From: PVC group bacterium
GTDB lineage: Bacteria; Verrucomicrobiota; Kiritimatiellia; PWTM01
DNA length: 53,844 bases
Direction of reading: 5' to 3'
NCBI GenBank assembly: GCA_003563855.1
Contig: PWTM01000251.1
Span: 1 to 53,844, forward strand
Position numbers and translations under genes: made by a program. Below are positions 8,147 to 19,925 of the stretch, piece by piece. The notes under the pieces were generated by a model. It was given only the letters and a program-made list of their open reading frames with translations, was not told the DNA's origin and searched no databases. Position 1 is the stretch's first letter, and each line of letters opens with the position of its first letter.

Positions 8147-8698
8147 ATGAACATGTACAACCATGGTGACGATGCGGGCGGGGCGGGCCTTCGCCGGGGC
8201 TTGGCTGCGGCCGCCGTGGCGGCGGCCTTTGGCTTGGCGGGGTGTGCCGTTCCGGCGGTCTACCGTCCCACGGACCCCGGCGCGCGGTACGATGCGCCGC
8301 ACCGGGAGCCGTACCGGGTCGAGATCGCGCCGGCCACGTCGCGCGTGATCCTGGGCGAGCCGGTCGTATTCCGCGTTCGCGTCGTCAACGGCGCCGAAAG
8401 CCCCGTCTGGATTCCGCGCGACCCCGCGGTGGTCCTGACCTGGATCTACCCGAGCGGAGTCCGCGACAACCTCGTCAAAGACCTTCCGGCGGCGGTCCAT
8501 TTCGGCCCCGGGGAGAGCCTCCAGCTCGGGCCGGGAGAGAGCATCGAGCGGATGGTCCGCGTGCGGACGGACGCCTTTCCGCGCCCGGGCCTGGTCGAAT
8601 TCCGCGCGGTGGTCAGCATCCCGCGCAACACCAACCCGGAGCTCGATCCGTTTCCGGGCGGGCGGTTCGTATCGAACGCCTACGGGGTGCAGGTCGCG

Positions 8699-8707
<9 letters not shown>
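8147..8707 (+). CDS. Hypothetical lipoprotein
   Basis: 186 aa with a signal peptide and lipobox (AAAFGLAGC). Non-repetitive composition. Its 3' end overlaps the alaS stop by 9 nt (convergent genes). Confidence 0.6.
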
Positions 8708-11323
<2,616 letters not shown>

Positions 11324-11378
11324 CACGCACCGTACTCCGCGCAGCGCCGACCTCGTGCCGGCCGCCGCAGGGCCGCGT

Positions 11379-11407
11379 ATTCTACGGTCCTCCGCGCCGC
11401 CCGGCAA
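11379..11407 (-). promoter_or_regulatory. Sigma70-like promoter of alaS: TTGCCG-N17-TAGAAT
   Basis: Minus-strand read TTGCCG ggcggcgcggaggaccg TAGAAT, 56 nt upstream of the alaS ATG. Confidence 0.55.
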
Positions 11408-11434
11408 TCGCGAACCGGGGCGCGAACCGGGGCG

Positions 11435-11745
11435 CCACGGGACAAGCCCGTGGGGGGCGGGCCCTGCTCGCGATGGTGGGAGCCGGGCGGCCATGACGGA
11501 CACACGCGTCCCCACGGCCTTGCGCCGTGGGGGGCGGAAAGTTGGTCTTCGGAGCGCGGCATGCCCTCGGGAAGAGCCCGGAGGAGAGCGCGGGGGCGGA
11601 CCTTCGTGCTGCCTGCGCTCTCTCTTGGGCTCTCTCTGAGGCGCGTTCGCCGGGCTCTTCTCTCAACCTTGCCTCCCCCACGGGGCAAGCCCGTGGGGGC
11701 CGGGCGGCATGGTGGCCGAGCCCATGGGGGGAGCCCGTGCTCGGG
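11435..11745. repeat. Cluster of CCCACGGG-N5-CCCGTGGG type hairpins plus GAAGAGCCCGGAGGAGAGCGC hairpin, family R3
   Basis: Hairpins at 11435-11455, 11510-11534 and 11675-11699. Segment 11571-11699 aligns (~80%) with 41107-41236 in the same orientation. Confidence 0.75.
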
Positions 11746-11761
11746 ATGGTCAACGACGCGG

Positions 11762-12601
11762 CTAGGCCGAAAGCCCCCGGTGCCAGACGTTCATGGATTC
11801 GAGCCGGCCGCAGATCTGCGTATTGTTCCAGAGCGTGCCGCCGAAGCGGTAGCCGGCGCGGGCGAAGGCGATGTTCATGCCGCGCGAGCGGGCGCGGGCA
11901 ATCGTGTACCCGGTGACGTACCCCTCGGCCGCGAGGTCGCGCTCCATGCGCGCGAGGAGCCGGGCGGCGAACCCGCGCCCGCGCGCCTCCGGGTGCGTGG
12001 CGAAATCCGTCAGCTCCGCCGCCTTCGCCTCGGCGTCCTTCTCGGCCGAGGCCAGCGCGAGCAGCCGGCCGCCTTCGCGGAGCCCGTAGTAGGCCACATG
12101 CCCCCGGAGCGTCTCGCGCAGGTAGTCCGGATCGTGGATCGGGAACGGGTAGGTCTCGAAGACCGCGCGGTAGAGCGCGGCCGCCTCGTCCGCGTCCTCC
12201 GCGCCCAGGCGTTCCGGTTCGGCGCCGTCGGGCGGGTCCGTCCGCGCGGCGGCGGCCCGCTCCTCCGCCGCGGCGAGGACCGCCTCGACCGCGGCCTGGT
12301 CCGCCCGCGCCCGCGCCGGGTCGGTGTAGAGCGCCATGAACAACGCCGGGGCGCGTCCCCGGTAGTAGCCGGGGACCCGGGCCTCTTCGGCATAGCCCGC
12401 GGAACGGAAAGCCCGGGCGCGCGCGGCGGGGACCTTGGCGAAGACCTTGCCGTACCCGCGCGCGCGGGCGAAGGAGGCGAGACGGTCCGGCAACTCGGGC
12501 AGGTCGGCCGGGTCCAGCCGCATCAGGTAGACGCGCGCGTTCGCGGGGCCGTGCTGGATGCGGGACCCGCCCAGCCGCTCGACGCGGTCGACGTCGGTCA
12601 C
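11762..12601 (-). CDS. ablB: Beta-lysine N6-acetyltransferase (GNAT, AblB-type)
   Basis: 279 aa from a GTG that overlaps the symporter stop (GTGA). N-terminal GGSRIQHGPANARVYLM motif typical of AblB-type proteins, plus a C-terminal GNAT core (ELTDFATHPEARGRGFAARLL). Clustered with a lysine 2,3-aminomutase. Confidence 0.8.
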   Translation of the reverse strand: MTDVDRVERLGGSRIQHGPANARVYLMRLDPADLPELPDRLASFARARGYGKVFAKVPAARARAFRSAGYAEEARVPGYYRGRAPALFMALYTDPARARADQAAVEAVLAAAEERAAAARTDPPDGAEPERLGAEDADEAAALYRAVFETYPFPIHDPDYLRETLRGHVAYYGLREGGRLLALASAEKDAEAKAAELTDFATHPEARGRGFAARLLARMERDLAAEGYVTGYTIARARSRGMNIAFARAGYRFGGTLWNNTQICGRLESMNVWHRGLSA

Positions 12602-14088
12602 GCGCCGTCCCCGGACGGCGCCGGCGCCGGGCGCGGCGGCGGCGGGGCGGTCAGCAGCGAGCCGGCGACGAAGACGACGGCGGAGGCCGCCATGCCGAAG
12701 ACCACGGGCGAGAGGCCGAGGTCGAAGAAGAACGCCTCCACCCCCGGCGACATCAGGCCGCGCGTCCACTGGATCAGGTTCGTCCCGATGCCCCCGACCA
12801 GCATGCCCAGCAGCGCGCCGATCGCGTTCGCCCGCTTCCAGAAGAACGCGCCCAGCGTCGGGACGAACAGCCCCGCCACCAGGAATCCGTAGGCGTCGAA
12901 CACCCCCTCGATGACCGTCCCGAGGCGGAACGCGTAGTAGACCGCCAGCAGCCCGAGCAGCAGCGTGACGACGTGCGAGACCCGGATCATCTTCCGGTGC
13001 GGCGCGCCCTTGAAGACATACCGGCCGAGGAAATCGCCCACGATGTTGCCCGACGACGCCACCAGGCAACTGTCCGCCGTCGACATGATCGCCGAGAAAT
13101 AGGCGGCGGCGACCACGCCCGTGATCCCGATCGGCAACACCTCGTTGATCAGCCGCGGCAGGCCGCGCTCGTTGCCGCCCTCGATCTCGATCAGCTCCGG
13201 GTAGAGCGCCCGCGCGCACATGCCCAGAAAGACCCCCATGAACGCCATCACCGGGTATTCGAAGAAGCCGGCAATGTACCAGGCCTTGCGCCCCTCCTTC
13301 ACGCCCTTGCAGGCGTACATGCGCTGGTAGAGCGTCATCCCCACCAGCCAGATCGGGACGATCAGCACCATCCAGTTGATGAAGGTGACCGCCTCGATGT
13401 TGCGCAGCGAGAAGAACTCGTCCGGCAGCGTGGCGCGCAGGGCCGACCAGCCGCCGACCTCGCGAAGCGCGAGCGGTATGGCGAGCACGATGAGGCCGAA
13501 GAGCAGGATCAGCCATTGGACAAAGTCGGTGTAGATCACGGCCTTGATCCCGCCCATGACGGTATAGGCCACGATGATGAACCCCATGGCGTAGAGGGAG
13601 AAGTGCATGGGATCCCAGCCGAACGGCGGGGCGCGGAACACGGTCTCCGAGGCCAGCGCGGCCCCGGCCTGGATCTGCGAGCCGGTGAACATCAGGTAGC
13701 CCACGGCCGAGATCAGCGCCGCCACCAGCGCCACGCGGCCGTCGTAGCGGTAGCGAAGGAAGTCGGGATAGGTCCGCATCCGGTGCGCCAGGTCCGGGCC
13801 CTTGATCCGGGGAATGACGAAGACCGCCGTCAGCCAGGCGCCGACCAGCCCGGTGAAAAGCAGCCAGGAGCCGGCCAGGCCCATGACGAACCCGAGCCCG
13901 CCCAGCCCGATCGAGAAGCCGCCGCCGACGTCGGTGGCCACGATCGAGAGGCCGAGCGCCGTGGGGGGGATGCGCCTTCCGCCAACGTAGTAGTCGTCCT
14001 CGTCGCGGTTGCGCCGGAAGTGATAGTAGCCGACGCCGAGGATGGCGCACATGTAGAGTCCGAAGATCAGGTAGTCCAACGCCTGCAT
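12598..14088 (-). CDS. Sodium:solute symporter family (SSF) transporter
   Basis: 496 aa, polytopic (~13 TM). N-terminus DYLIFGLYMCAILGVGYY...YYVGGRRIP is typical of the SSF family. Confidence 0.9.
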   Translation of the reverse strand: MQALDYLIFGLYMCAILGVGYYHFRRNRDEDDYYVGGRRIPPTALGLSIVATDVGGGFSIGLGGLGFVMGLAGSWLLFTGLVGAWLTAVFVIPRIKGPDLAHRMRTYPDFLRYRYDGRVALVAALISAVGYLMFTGSQIQAGAALASETVFRAPPFGWDPMHFSLYAMGFIIVAYTVMGGIKAVIYTDFVQWLILLFGLIVLAIPLALREVGGWSALRATLPDEFFSLRNIEAVTFINWMVLIVPIWLVGMTLYQRMYACKGVKEGRKAWYIAGFFEYPVMAFMGVFLGMCARALYPELIEIEGGNERGLPRLINEVLPIGITGVVAAAYFSAIMSTADSCLVASSGNIVGDFLGRYVFKGAPHRKMIRVSHVVTLLLGLLAVYYAFRLGTVIEGVFDAYGFLVAGLFVPTLGAFFWKRANAIGALLGMLVGGIGTNLIQWTRGLMSPGVEAFFFDLGLSPVVFGMAASAVVFVAGSLLTAPPPPRPAPAPSGDGA

Positions 14089-14131
14089 GGGAGGCCTCCT
14101 TTCGTTTCCCGCGGCCGGGGTCCGTGCCCGT

Positions 14132-15514
14132 CTACCCCTCGCCCGGCACGTCTTCCGCTTCGCCGGCCTCGGCGGGGTCCGCTTCGCCGGCGCCGTTCCC
14201 GGACCGGCGGCCGAGCCGCTCGTTCCCGGCCGGCACCAGCGAGACCGCGTCGTCGTGGTCGGCCAGCAGCCGCTCGATCCCGAGCGCCTGGTACTCCTCC
14301 GCGCCCTCGAGTCGCAGCGAGAGCCGGCACTCCTCGCAGTTGCGGTTGCAGAAGACCGGCCGGTACTGGTCCGGCTCCTTGTAGGTGGTAATCACGCCCT
14401 CGAAGTTGCGCAGCACGACCTTGTTCGTGTTCCAGGAGATCAGGTACTGCGGCATGACGGGGATCTTCCCGCCGCCGCCCGGCGCGTCGATGACGTACGT
14501 CGGCACCGCCAGCCCGCTCGTGTGGCCGATCAGGCTCTCGATAATCTCCATCCCCTTCCCGACCGGCGTACGGAAATGGCTCAGCCCTTCCGACATGTCG
14601 CACTGGTAGAGGTAGTAGGGGCGGACCCGGTTCTGGACGAGCCGGTGGACGAGCCGGCGCATGATCCGGGGGCAGTCGTTGACCCCGGCCAGCAGCACGG
14701 TCTGGTTCCCCAGCGGGATGCCGGCATCGGCCAGTCGCGCGAGGGCGCGGCGCGAGGAGGCCGTGATCTCGCGCGGGTGGTTGAAGTGCGTGTTGACCCA
14801 GAGCGGGTGGTGGCGCCGGAGCATGGCGACGAGTTCGTCGGTAATCCGGTAGGGAAGCACGACCGGCATGCGCGTGCCGATGCGCACGATCTCCACGTGC
14901 GGGATCGCGTCGAGTTCCGAGAGAATCCAGTCCAGGTAGCCGTCGGCGAGCATCAGCGGGTCGCCGCCGGAAAGCAGCACGTCGCGCACCACCGGCGTCC
15001 CACGGATGTAGTCGAGCCCTTCCTTCAGGGCGTCGCGGCCGGGGATGAAATCTCGGTCGCCGACCTTGCGCTTGCGCGTGCAGTGGCGGCAGTACATCGA
15101 GCAGACATTGCTGACCTGGAAGAGTACGCGGTCGGGATACCGGTGGGTGATGCCCGCCACCGGGCTGTCCTTGTCCTCGGCCAGCGGGTCGGCCATGTCG
15201 CCGGGCATGACCTCGAGCTCGGAGGCGCGCGGGAAGGCCTGCAGGAAGACCGGGTCGTTCGCGTAGTCCTTCGCATCGATCAGCGAGAGGTAGTAGGGCG
15301 TGATCGAGAGCGGAAACCGGGCCAGCGTGGCATCGAGCCGGCCGCGCTCGTGCGCGGAGAACCGGACGCCCAGCAACGCCTCGAAGGTCGGGATGTCCCG
15401 GATCGCGTGGCGCAACTGCCAGCGCCAGTCGCGCCAGCGCTCGCTCCCCCCGGTCTCGTCCAACCGATCCGCGATCGCGGCGCGGCGCTCTTCGTCGGCC
15501 AAGGTTGTAGGCAT
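14132..15514 (-). CDS. ablA: Lysine 2,3-aminomutase (radical SAM, KamA/AblA)
   Basis: Start taken at MPTTLADEE (ATG 15514). [12 protein letters not shown] radical-SAM cluster motif and the KamA-family core. Carries a ~45-aa acidic C-terminal tail. Confidence 0.93.
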   Translation of the reverse strand: MPTTLADEERRAAIADRLDETGGSERWRDWRWQLRHAIRDIPTFEALLGVRFSAHERGRLDATLARFPLSITPYYLSLIDAKDYANDPVFLQAFPRASELEVMPGDMADPLAEDKDSPVAGITHRYPDRVLFQVSNVCSMYCRHCTRKRKVGDRDFIPGRDALKEGLDYIRGTPVVRDVLLSGGDPLMLADGYLDWILSELDAIPHVEIVRIGTRMPVVLPYRITDELVAMLRRHHPLWVNTHFNHPREITASSRRALARLADAGIPLGNQTVLLAGVNDCPRIMRRLVHRLVQNRVRPYYLYQCDMSEGLSHFRTPVGKGMEIIESLIGHTSGLAVPTYVIDAPGGGGKIPVMPQYLISWNTNKVVLRNFEGVITTYKEPDQYRPVFCNRNCEECRLSLRLEGAEEYQALGIERLLADHDDAVSLVPAGNERLGRRSGNGAGEADPAEAGEAEDVPGEG

Positions 15515-15566
15515 AGTCAGTCCTTGCTTGTCCCTGCACGGTGTCTCGAAGCAGCGTGCAAGCCGT

Positions 15567-15595
15567 ATGATAGCCGCTGTTGTCGCGGACGTCAA
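15567..15595 (-). promoter_or_regulatory. Sigma70-like promoter of ablA cluster: TTGACG-N17-TATCAT
   Basis: Minus-strand read TTGACG tccgcgacaacagcggc TATCAT, 53 nt upstream of the ablA ATG. It is preceded by a weak hairpin CGGCC-TTCC-GGCCG followed by TCACATTTT (15599-15621), a possible hisB terminator. Confidence 0.6.
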
Positions 15596-15697
15596 CTGAA
15601 AATGTGACGGCCGGAAGGCCGGACCGCGCGGAGGCTCATGAGGCCAGCCCCCCCCCCGCGAGCGGTGATCGCCGCGGTTTGCCCACGCCGCCGGCGG

Positions 15698-16294
15698 TCA
15701 GATCACGCCCTTGCTCGAGGGCACATCGCGGACGCGCGGATCGCGGGCGGCGGCCGCGGCGAGCGCGCGGGCGACGCCCTTGAAGACCGCCTCGTAGGCG
15801 TGGTGGGGCTCGTGGCCGTAGAGGTGAGCGATGTGCAGGTTCATCCGGGCCTGCGTGACGAAGGCGCGGAAGAACTCCTCGATCAGCCCGAGGTCGAAGT
15901 CGCGGATCTTCCGCTTGCGGTTGGCGATCTCGTAGACCAGGTAGGGCCGCCCGCCGAGATCGATGGCGACCAGGGCGAGCGACTCGTCCATGGGCAGCAC
16001 GCTGTGGCCGTAGCGGGCGATGCCGCGCCGGTCGCCGAGCGCCGCGTTCAGCGCGTCGCCGAGCACGAGGCCGAGATCCTCGACGGTGTGATGGTAGTCG
16101 ACCGCCAGATCGCCCTCGGCGCGCACGTCGAGATCGAGCAGCGCATGCCGCGCGAGCAGCTCGAGCATGTGGTTCATGAACGGCATGCCGGTCTCAACCG
16201 CGGTGCGGGCCCGGCCGTCCAGGTTGAGCCGCACCCGGATGCGCGTTTCGCGCGTGGCGCGTTCGATCTCCGCGGTTCTCGACGGGTTCTTCAT
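15698..16294 (-). CDS. hisB: Imidazoleglycerol-phosphate dehydratase
   Basis: 198 aa from MKNPSRTAEIERATRET. Conserved IGPD motifs (MPFMNHMLE, DYHHTVEDLG, HHAYEAVFKG). Confidence 0.95.
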   Translation of the reverse strand: MKNPSRTAEIERATRETRIRVRLNLDGRARTAVETGMPFMNHMLELLARHALLDLDVRAEGDLAVDYHHTVEDLGLVLGDALNAALGDRRGIARYGHSVLPMDESLALVAIDLGGRPYLVYEIANRKRKIRDFDLGLIEEFFRAFVTQARMNLHIAHLYGHEPHHAYEAVFKGVARALAAAAARDPRVRDVPSSKGVI

Positions 16295-16480
16295 GATGCA
16301 CGTCCCCCGCCAACACCCTAGCCGCGCGCCCACCCCCGTGGCGAGGCCAAAGGCGGTCGGCGCGGCGGAGGACCTTCCCCTCTCTTCGCGGCGCGTCCTG
16401 CGGAACGTGCTGGAGTGGGATCGCTTGACATGAGGAAGAAGCTGAAACGCTGAAAGGGGAAGGCCGGAGGCCCTCGTGAT

Positions 16481-16551
16481 CCGTAGTCGTCGGCGTAGTC
16501 GTCCACCGGAAAGGGACGAGCCGGTCGACGACTACGGCTGACGACGGCGAC
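16481..16551. repeat. Hexamer-periodic hairpin (GTAGTC/GACTAC type), family H
   Basis: CCGTAGTCGTCGGCGTAGTCGTC, loop, then GTCGACGACTACGGCTGACGACGGCGAC. Confidence 0.7.
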
Positions 16552-16552
16552 A

Positions 16553-16640
16553 CCGCTTTCGCCTCACCAGCCACCGCGCGAACCTCGCCAACCGAAAGCG
16601 GCGTCGCCGGGCTTCGCCCTCTGCCGCCGCACTCCATATC
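16553..16640 (-). repeat. Family R1 partial copy (inverted)
   Basis: The reverse complement reads GGAGTGCGGCGGCAGAGGGCGAAGCCCGGCGACGCCGCTTTCGG..., the same core as at 40-60 and 23202-23226. Confidence 0.55.
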
Positions 16641-16657
16641 GCGTCACCCTTTTGGCA

Positions 16658-16773
16658 GTGTCCGCGCCGCGCCGCCGCAACGCCGCTCACGGGGCCTTCG
16701 CGGACGCGAGCGGCACGGCCTGCCGCACCACGCCGCCCGGGAGATCACCCCCGCACACCGAAAACTGGGGAAA
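16658..16773 (-). repeat. Promoter-proximal repeat, family R2 (copy 2, inverted)
   Basis: Reverse complement of 7245-7390 minus the ~29-nt insertion. Ends 31 nt upstream of the ctpA -35 box. Confidence 0.8.
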
Positions 16774-16804
16774 GCCCTCTGGGCGCGGGGCCGCCGCGCG
16801 GCGA

Positions 16805-16833
16805 TTGCCACGCGGCGGCCCGGACCGTATAGT
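16805..16833 (+). promoter_or_regulatory. Sigma70-like promoter of ctpA: TTGCCA-N17-TATAGT
   Basis: TTGCCA cgcggcggcccggaccg TATAGT, 36 nt upstream of the ctpA ATG. A GAGG RBS lies 6 nt before the ATG. Confidence 0.6.
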
Positions 16834-16868
16834 AGAGCGGTTCTTACCGGAACGAAACGAGGTGCGGC

Positions 16869-18158
16869 ATGGGCGGCTGGAACATGAGGCGATCCGTCAC
16901 GGGGGGCTTGCTGGCCCTCGCGCTGGCGATGAATCTCGCGGTCGGCGCCCGGATCCATGCGCAGGAGGCGGGCAACGATGACCGCGACGATCCGTACGAG
17001 CTGATCGCCGTCTTCACCCGCGTGGTCGAGCAGGTCCGCCGCGCCTACGTCGATACCGACCGCACCCGCTACCGCGAGCTGGTGCACGCGGCCTTGCGCG
17101 GGATGCTCCAGTCGCTCGACGAACACAGCCAGTTCATGGATGCCGACCAGTTCTCCGACCTTCAGGACGACACGGCCGGACAGTTCGGCGGGCTCGGCGT
17201 CGTGGTCGGCGTGCGCGAGAACGTGTTGACGATCGTGGCGCCGATGGAGAACACGCCCGGCTTCCGCGCCGGCCTGCTGGCGGGCGATCGCATCCTGGCG
17301 ATCGACGGCGAGGCGACCGAGGGGCTCTCGCTGAGCGATGCGGTCCGGAAGATGCGCGGCGAACCGGGTACGCGGATCGAGCTGCGGATCGGGCGCGAGG
17401 GCGCCGACGAGCCGTTCGATGTCGAGCTGGTCCGGGCGGTGATCAGCCCGCCCAGCGTGACCGACGCGCGGATGCTCGACGACGGGATCGGCTACCTGCG
17501 GATCGCCCAGTTCAACGAACCGGCCGCGGATGCGGTCGCCGATGCCATCCGCACGCTGCAGGGCGAGGGCATGCACGCGCTGGTGCTCGACCTTCGGAAC
17601 AATCCCGGCGGGCTGCTCCGCTCGGCGATCGAGGTCGCGCAGCACTTCCTTCCACGCGGGGCGCTCGTGGTGTACACGCAGGGACGCGACGAGCGGCAGC
17701 GGCAGACGTTCAACGCGCGCCGGACCGGCCGCTACCAGGATCTGCCCATGGTGATCCTGGTCAACCGGGGCACGGCCAGCGCCGCGGAGATCGTGGCCGG
17801 TGCGCTGCAGGACCACGGACGCGCGATGCTGATTGGCGAACAGACGTTTGGCAAGGGCTCGGTGCAGACGGTGCTGCCGCTTCAGGACGGTTCGGCCATC
17901 CGGCTGACGACGGCGCGGTACTACACGCCGGGCGAGCAGGTGATCGACGGGCGCGGCGTGGAGCCCGATGTCCGGGTCGTGATCGACCCCGAGACGTGGC
18001 TGGCGATCCAGCGCCGGCGCGCCGAGCGCGAGGGGGCTCCCCCGGGCGAGGACGAGCCGGCCGTGGACCCGGACGATCCGCAGCTCGAACGGGCCGTTGA
18101 CGTCCTGCGCGGGGTGCTGTTGTGGCGCGCGCAGAACGGCGGGGCTCCCGCCGGCTGA
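16869..18158 (+). CDS. ctpA: Carboxy-terminal processing peptidase (S41, PDZ-containing)
   Basis: 429 aa. Signal peptide, PDZ (GFRAGLLAGDRILAIDG), and S41 core (LDLRNNPGG...NRGTASAAEI...GKGSVQ). Confidence 0.93.
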   Translation: MGGWNMRRSVTGGLLALALAMNLAVGARIHAQEAGNDDRDDPYELIAVFTRVVEQVRRAYVDTDRTRYRELVHAALRGMLQSLDEHSQFMDADQFSDLQDDTAGQFGGLGVVVGVRENVLTIVAPMENTPGFRAGLLAGDRILAIDGEATEGLSLSDAVRKMRGEPGTRIELRIGREGADEPFDVELVRAVISPPSVTDARMLDDGIGYLRIAQFNEPAADAVADAIRTLQGEGMHALVLDLRNNPGGLLRSAIEVAQHFLPRGALVVYTQGRDERQRQTFNARRTGRYQDLPMVILVNRGTASAAEIVAGALQDHGRAMLIGEQTFGKGSVQTVLPLQDGSAIRLTTARYYTPGEQVIDGRGVEPDVRVVIDPETWLAIQRRRAEREGAPPGEDEPAVDPDDPQLERAVDVLRGVLLWRAQNGGAPAG

Positions 18159-18219
18159 ACGGCCTCGGGGCGCGGGACCGCGGCCGCCGCGAGGGTGCGC
18201 GGCCAGGGAGGAACAGGGC

Positions 18220-19890
18220 ATGGCGGATCGGATTCCCGCGAGCCAGCGGGCGGTGCAACTGGTCGGGCCGGACCGCCTGGTCCTGAACGAAGACAAGCCG
18301 GTGCCCGCGCCGGGCGAGCGCCAGGTCCTGTGCCGCGTGATCGTGGTCGGCCTCTGCTTCTCGGATCTGAAACTGCTCAAGCAGTTCTCGGAGCATGTCC
18401 GCAAGGCGCCCGTGGTGGCGGGGGTTCCGGACGAGGTGCTGGACGCGCTCCCGTCCTACGTGCCGGGCGAAGCGCCGACAGTGCCCGGTCACGAGCCGGT
18501 GGTCGAGATTGCCGCGGTCGGCCCCGGCGTAGAGCGCTTCCGTCCGGGCGAGCGATACTTCGTGCAGGCCGACTGGCGGTGGCTGAAGACCTCGACAGGA
18601 ACGAACGGAGCCTTCGGCTACAATTTCGAGGGGGCGTTGCAGGAATACGTACTGCTCGACGAACGGCTGCTCCTCTCGCCCGAGGGCGAGTCCATGCTGA
18701 TCCCGGCGCCCGCGGGCGCACGCGCCGCCTCCGCGTTCGCGCTGGTCGAGCCGTGGGCCTGCGTCGAGGACGCCTACCGGGTGCGTGAACGCCAGGGGCT
18801 GAAGCCGGACGGCCGGCGCCTGATCGTCGCGGACGCCGCGCCCGACGCGGCGCGGCTGCGGACCTTCCTCGAGGGACAGCCGGGGGGACGGCGGCCCGTC
18901 TGGTGCTCGACCCGGCCGCGCCCGGAGGGATTGGAGGCGGACGCCGTGCCGGACCTGGAGGCGCTGGGCGATGCCGTCTTCGACGACGTCCTGTACTTCG
19001 GCGCCGATCCCGCCACGGCGGAGGCGCTCTGGGCACACGGTGCGCCGGGCGCGCTCTTCCTCTTGCTGCGCGGCGCGACCGCCTTCGGCCGGCCGGTCCA
19101 GACCGACGTGGGCGGAGTCCACTACCGCGGCTATCGCCTGGCCGGCGCCGCGACGCTCGATCCGGCCGACGCGTTGGCGGCGATTCCGGAGACCGGCGAG
19201 CTGCGTCCCGACGACGTCGTGCACGTCGTCGGCGCCGGCGGCCCGATGGGCGTCATGCACGTCGTCCGTAACCTCTGCCAGGGCGTGCCCGGTGTTGCGG
19301 TGCATGCTTCGGACCTGAGCGACGCGCGCCTGGCCGCGCTGGAGCGGATCGCCGGACCGCTGGCCCGCGCGAACGGAACGGCCTTCCACCCGTTCAACCC
19401 GAAGACCGCTCCGCTGCGCCAGGCCGTCGACTACGCGGCGGTCATGGCCCCCGTTCCGGCGCTGGTCGCCGCCGCCGTCGCGGCCGCCGCGCCCCGCGGC
19501 ATCGTCAACATCTTCGCCGGCATCCCGCCGGGGCAGTGCGCACCGCTCGACCTCGACGCCTACGTCGAGCGGGGCCTCTACATGATCGGCACGAGCGGCT
19601 CGGTGATGGAGGACATGCGCATCGTGCTGGAAAAGGTCGAAGAAGGGCGGATGGACACGAACGTATCGGTGGCCGCGGTCAGCGGGCTGGACGGCGCGAT
19701 CGACGGCATCCGCCGGGTGGAACGCCAGGACATTGCCGGGAAGATCATGGTCTATCCCGGGTGCCGTGGCCTGGGGTTGACCCCGCTCGAACGCCTGGCC
19801 GATGCGGCGCCCGAGGCCGCCGCCGGGCTGCGCGAAGGCGTCTGGACCCGGGAAGCCGAGGATGCGCTGCGCGCCCGTTGGGAAGCGTGA
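18220..19890 (+). CDS. MDR (zinc-type alcohol dehydrogenase-like) family protein with a ~170-aa insertion
   Basis: Start at MADRIPASQ (ATG 18220, GGGAGGAA upstream). GroES-like N-domain (GLCFSDLK, GHEPV) and a Rossmann GAGGPMG only at ~aa 375. 556 aa, versus ~340 typical. Confidence 0.7.
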   Translation: MADRIPASQRAVQLVGPDRLVLNEDKPVPAPGERQVLCRVIVVGLCFSDLKLLKQFSEHVRKAPVVAGVPDEVLDALPSYVPGEAPTVPGHEPVVEIAAVGPGVERFRPGERYFVQADWRWLKTSTGTNGAFGYNFEGALQEYVLLDERLLLSPEGESMLIPAPAGARAASAFALVEPWACVEDAYRVRERQGLKPDGRRLIVADAAPDAARLRTFLEGQPGGRRPVWCSTRPRPEGLEADAVPDLEALGDAVFDDVLYFGADPATAEALWAHGAPGALFLLLRGATAFGRPVQTDVGGVHYRGYRLAGAATLDPADALAAIPETGELRPDDVVHVVGAGGPMGVMHVVRNLCQGVPGVAVHASDLSDARLAALERIAGPLARANGTAFHPFNPKTAPLRQAVDYAAVMAPVPALVAAAVAAAAPRGIVNIFAGIPPGQCAPLDLDAYVERGLYMIGTSGSVMEDMRIVLEKVEEGRMDTNVSVAAVSGLDGAIDGIRRVERQDIAGKIMVYPGCRGLGLTPLERLADAAPEAAAGLREGVWTREAEDALRARWEA

Positions 19891-19925
19891 CGGACCGGCC
19901 GAACCCGTGCGGGAGCAGGAACGCG

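Noticed and set aside
11324-11515. 64-codon N-terminal extension of alaS (and similar extensions of secretin, hisB, ablA, gdhA, fixX)
   Set aside because: The extension runs through the predicted alaS promoter and R3 hairpins. The canonical AlaRS N-terminus starts at MKASEIRESF. The other genes likewise align to family N-termini at the internal ATG.
15599-15621. Intrinsic terminator after hisB
   Set aside because: Only a 5-bp stem (CGGCC/GGCCG) with an interrupted T-run. Mentioned in the promoter evidence, but too weak to list as a terminator feature.
16644-18404. 586-aa minus-strand ORF
   Set aside because: Antisense to the ctpA peptidase gene and overlaps the R2 repeat. No motifs.
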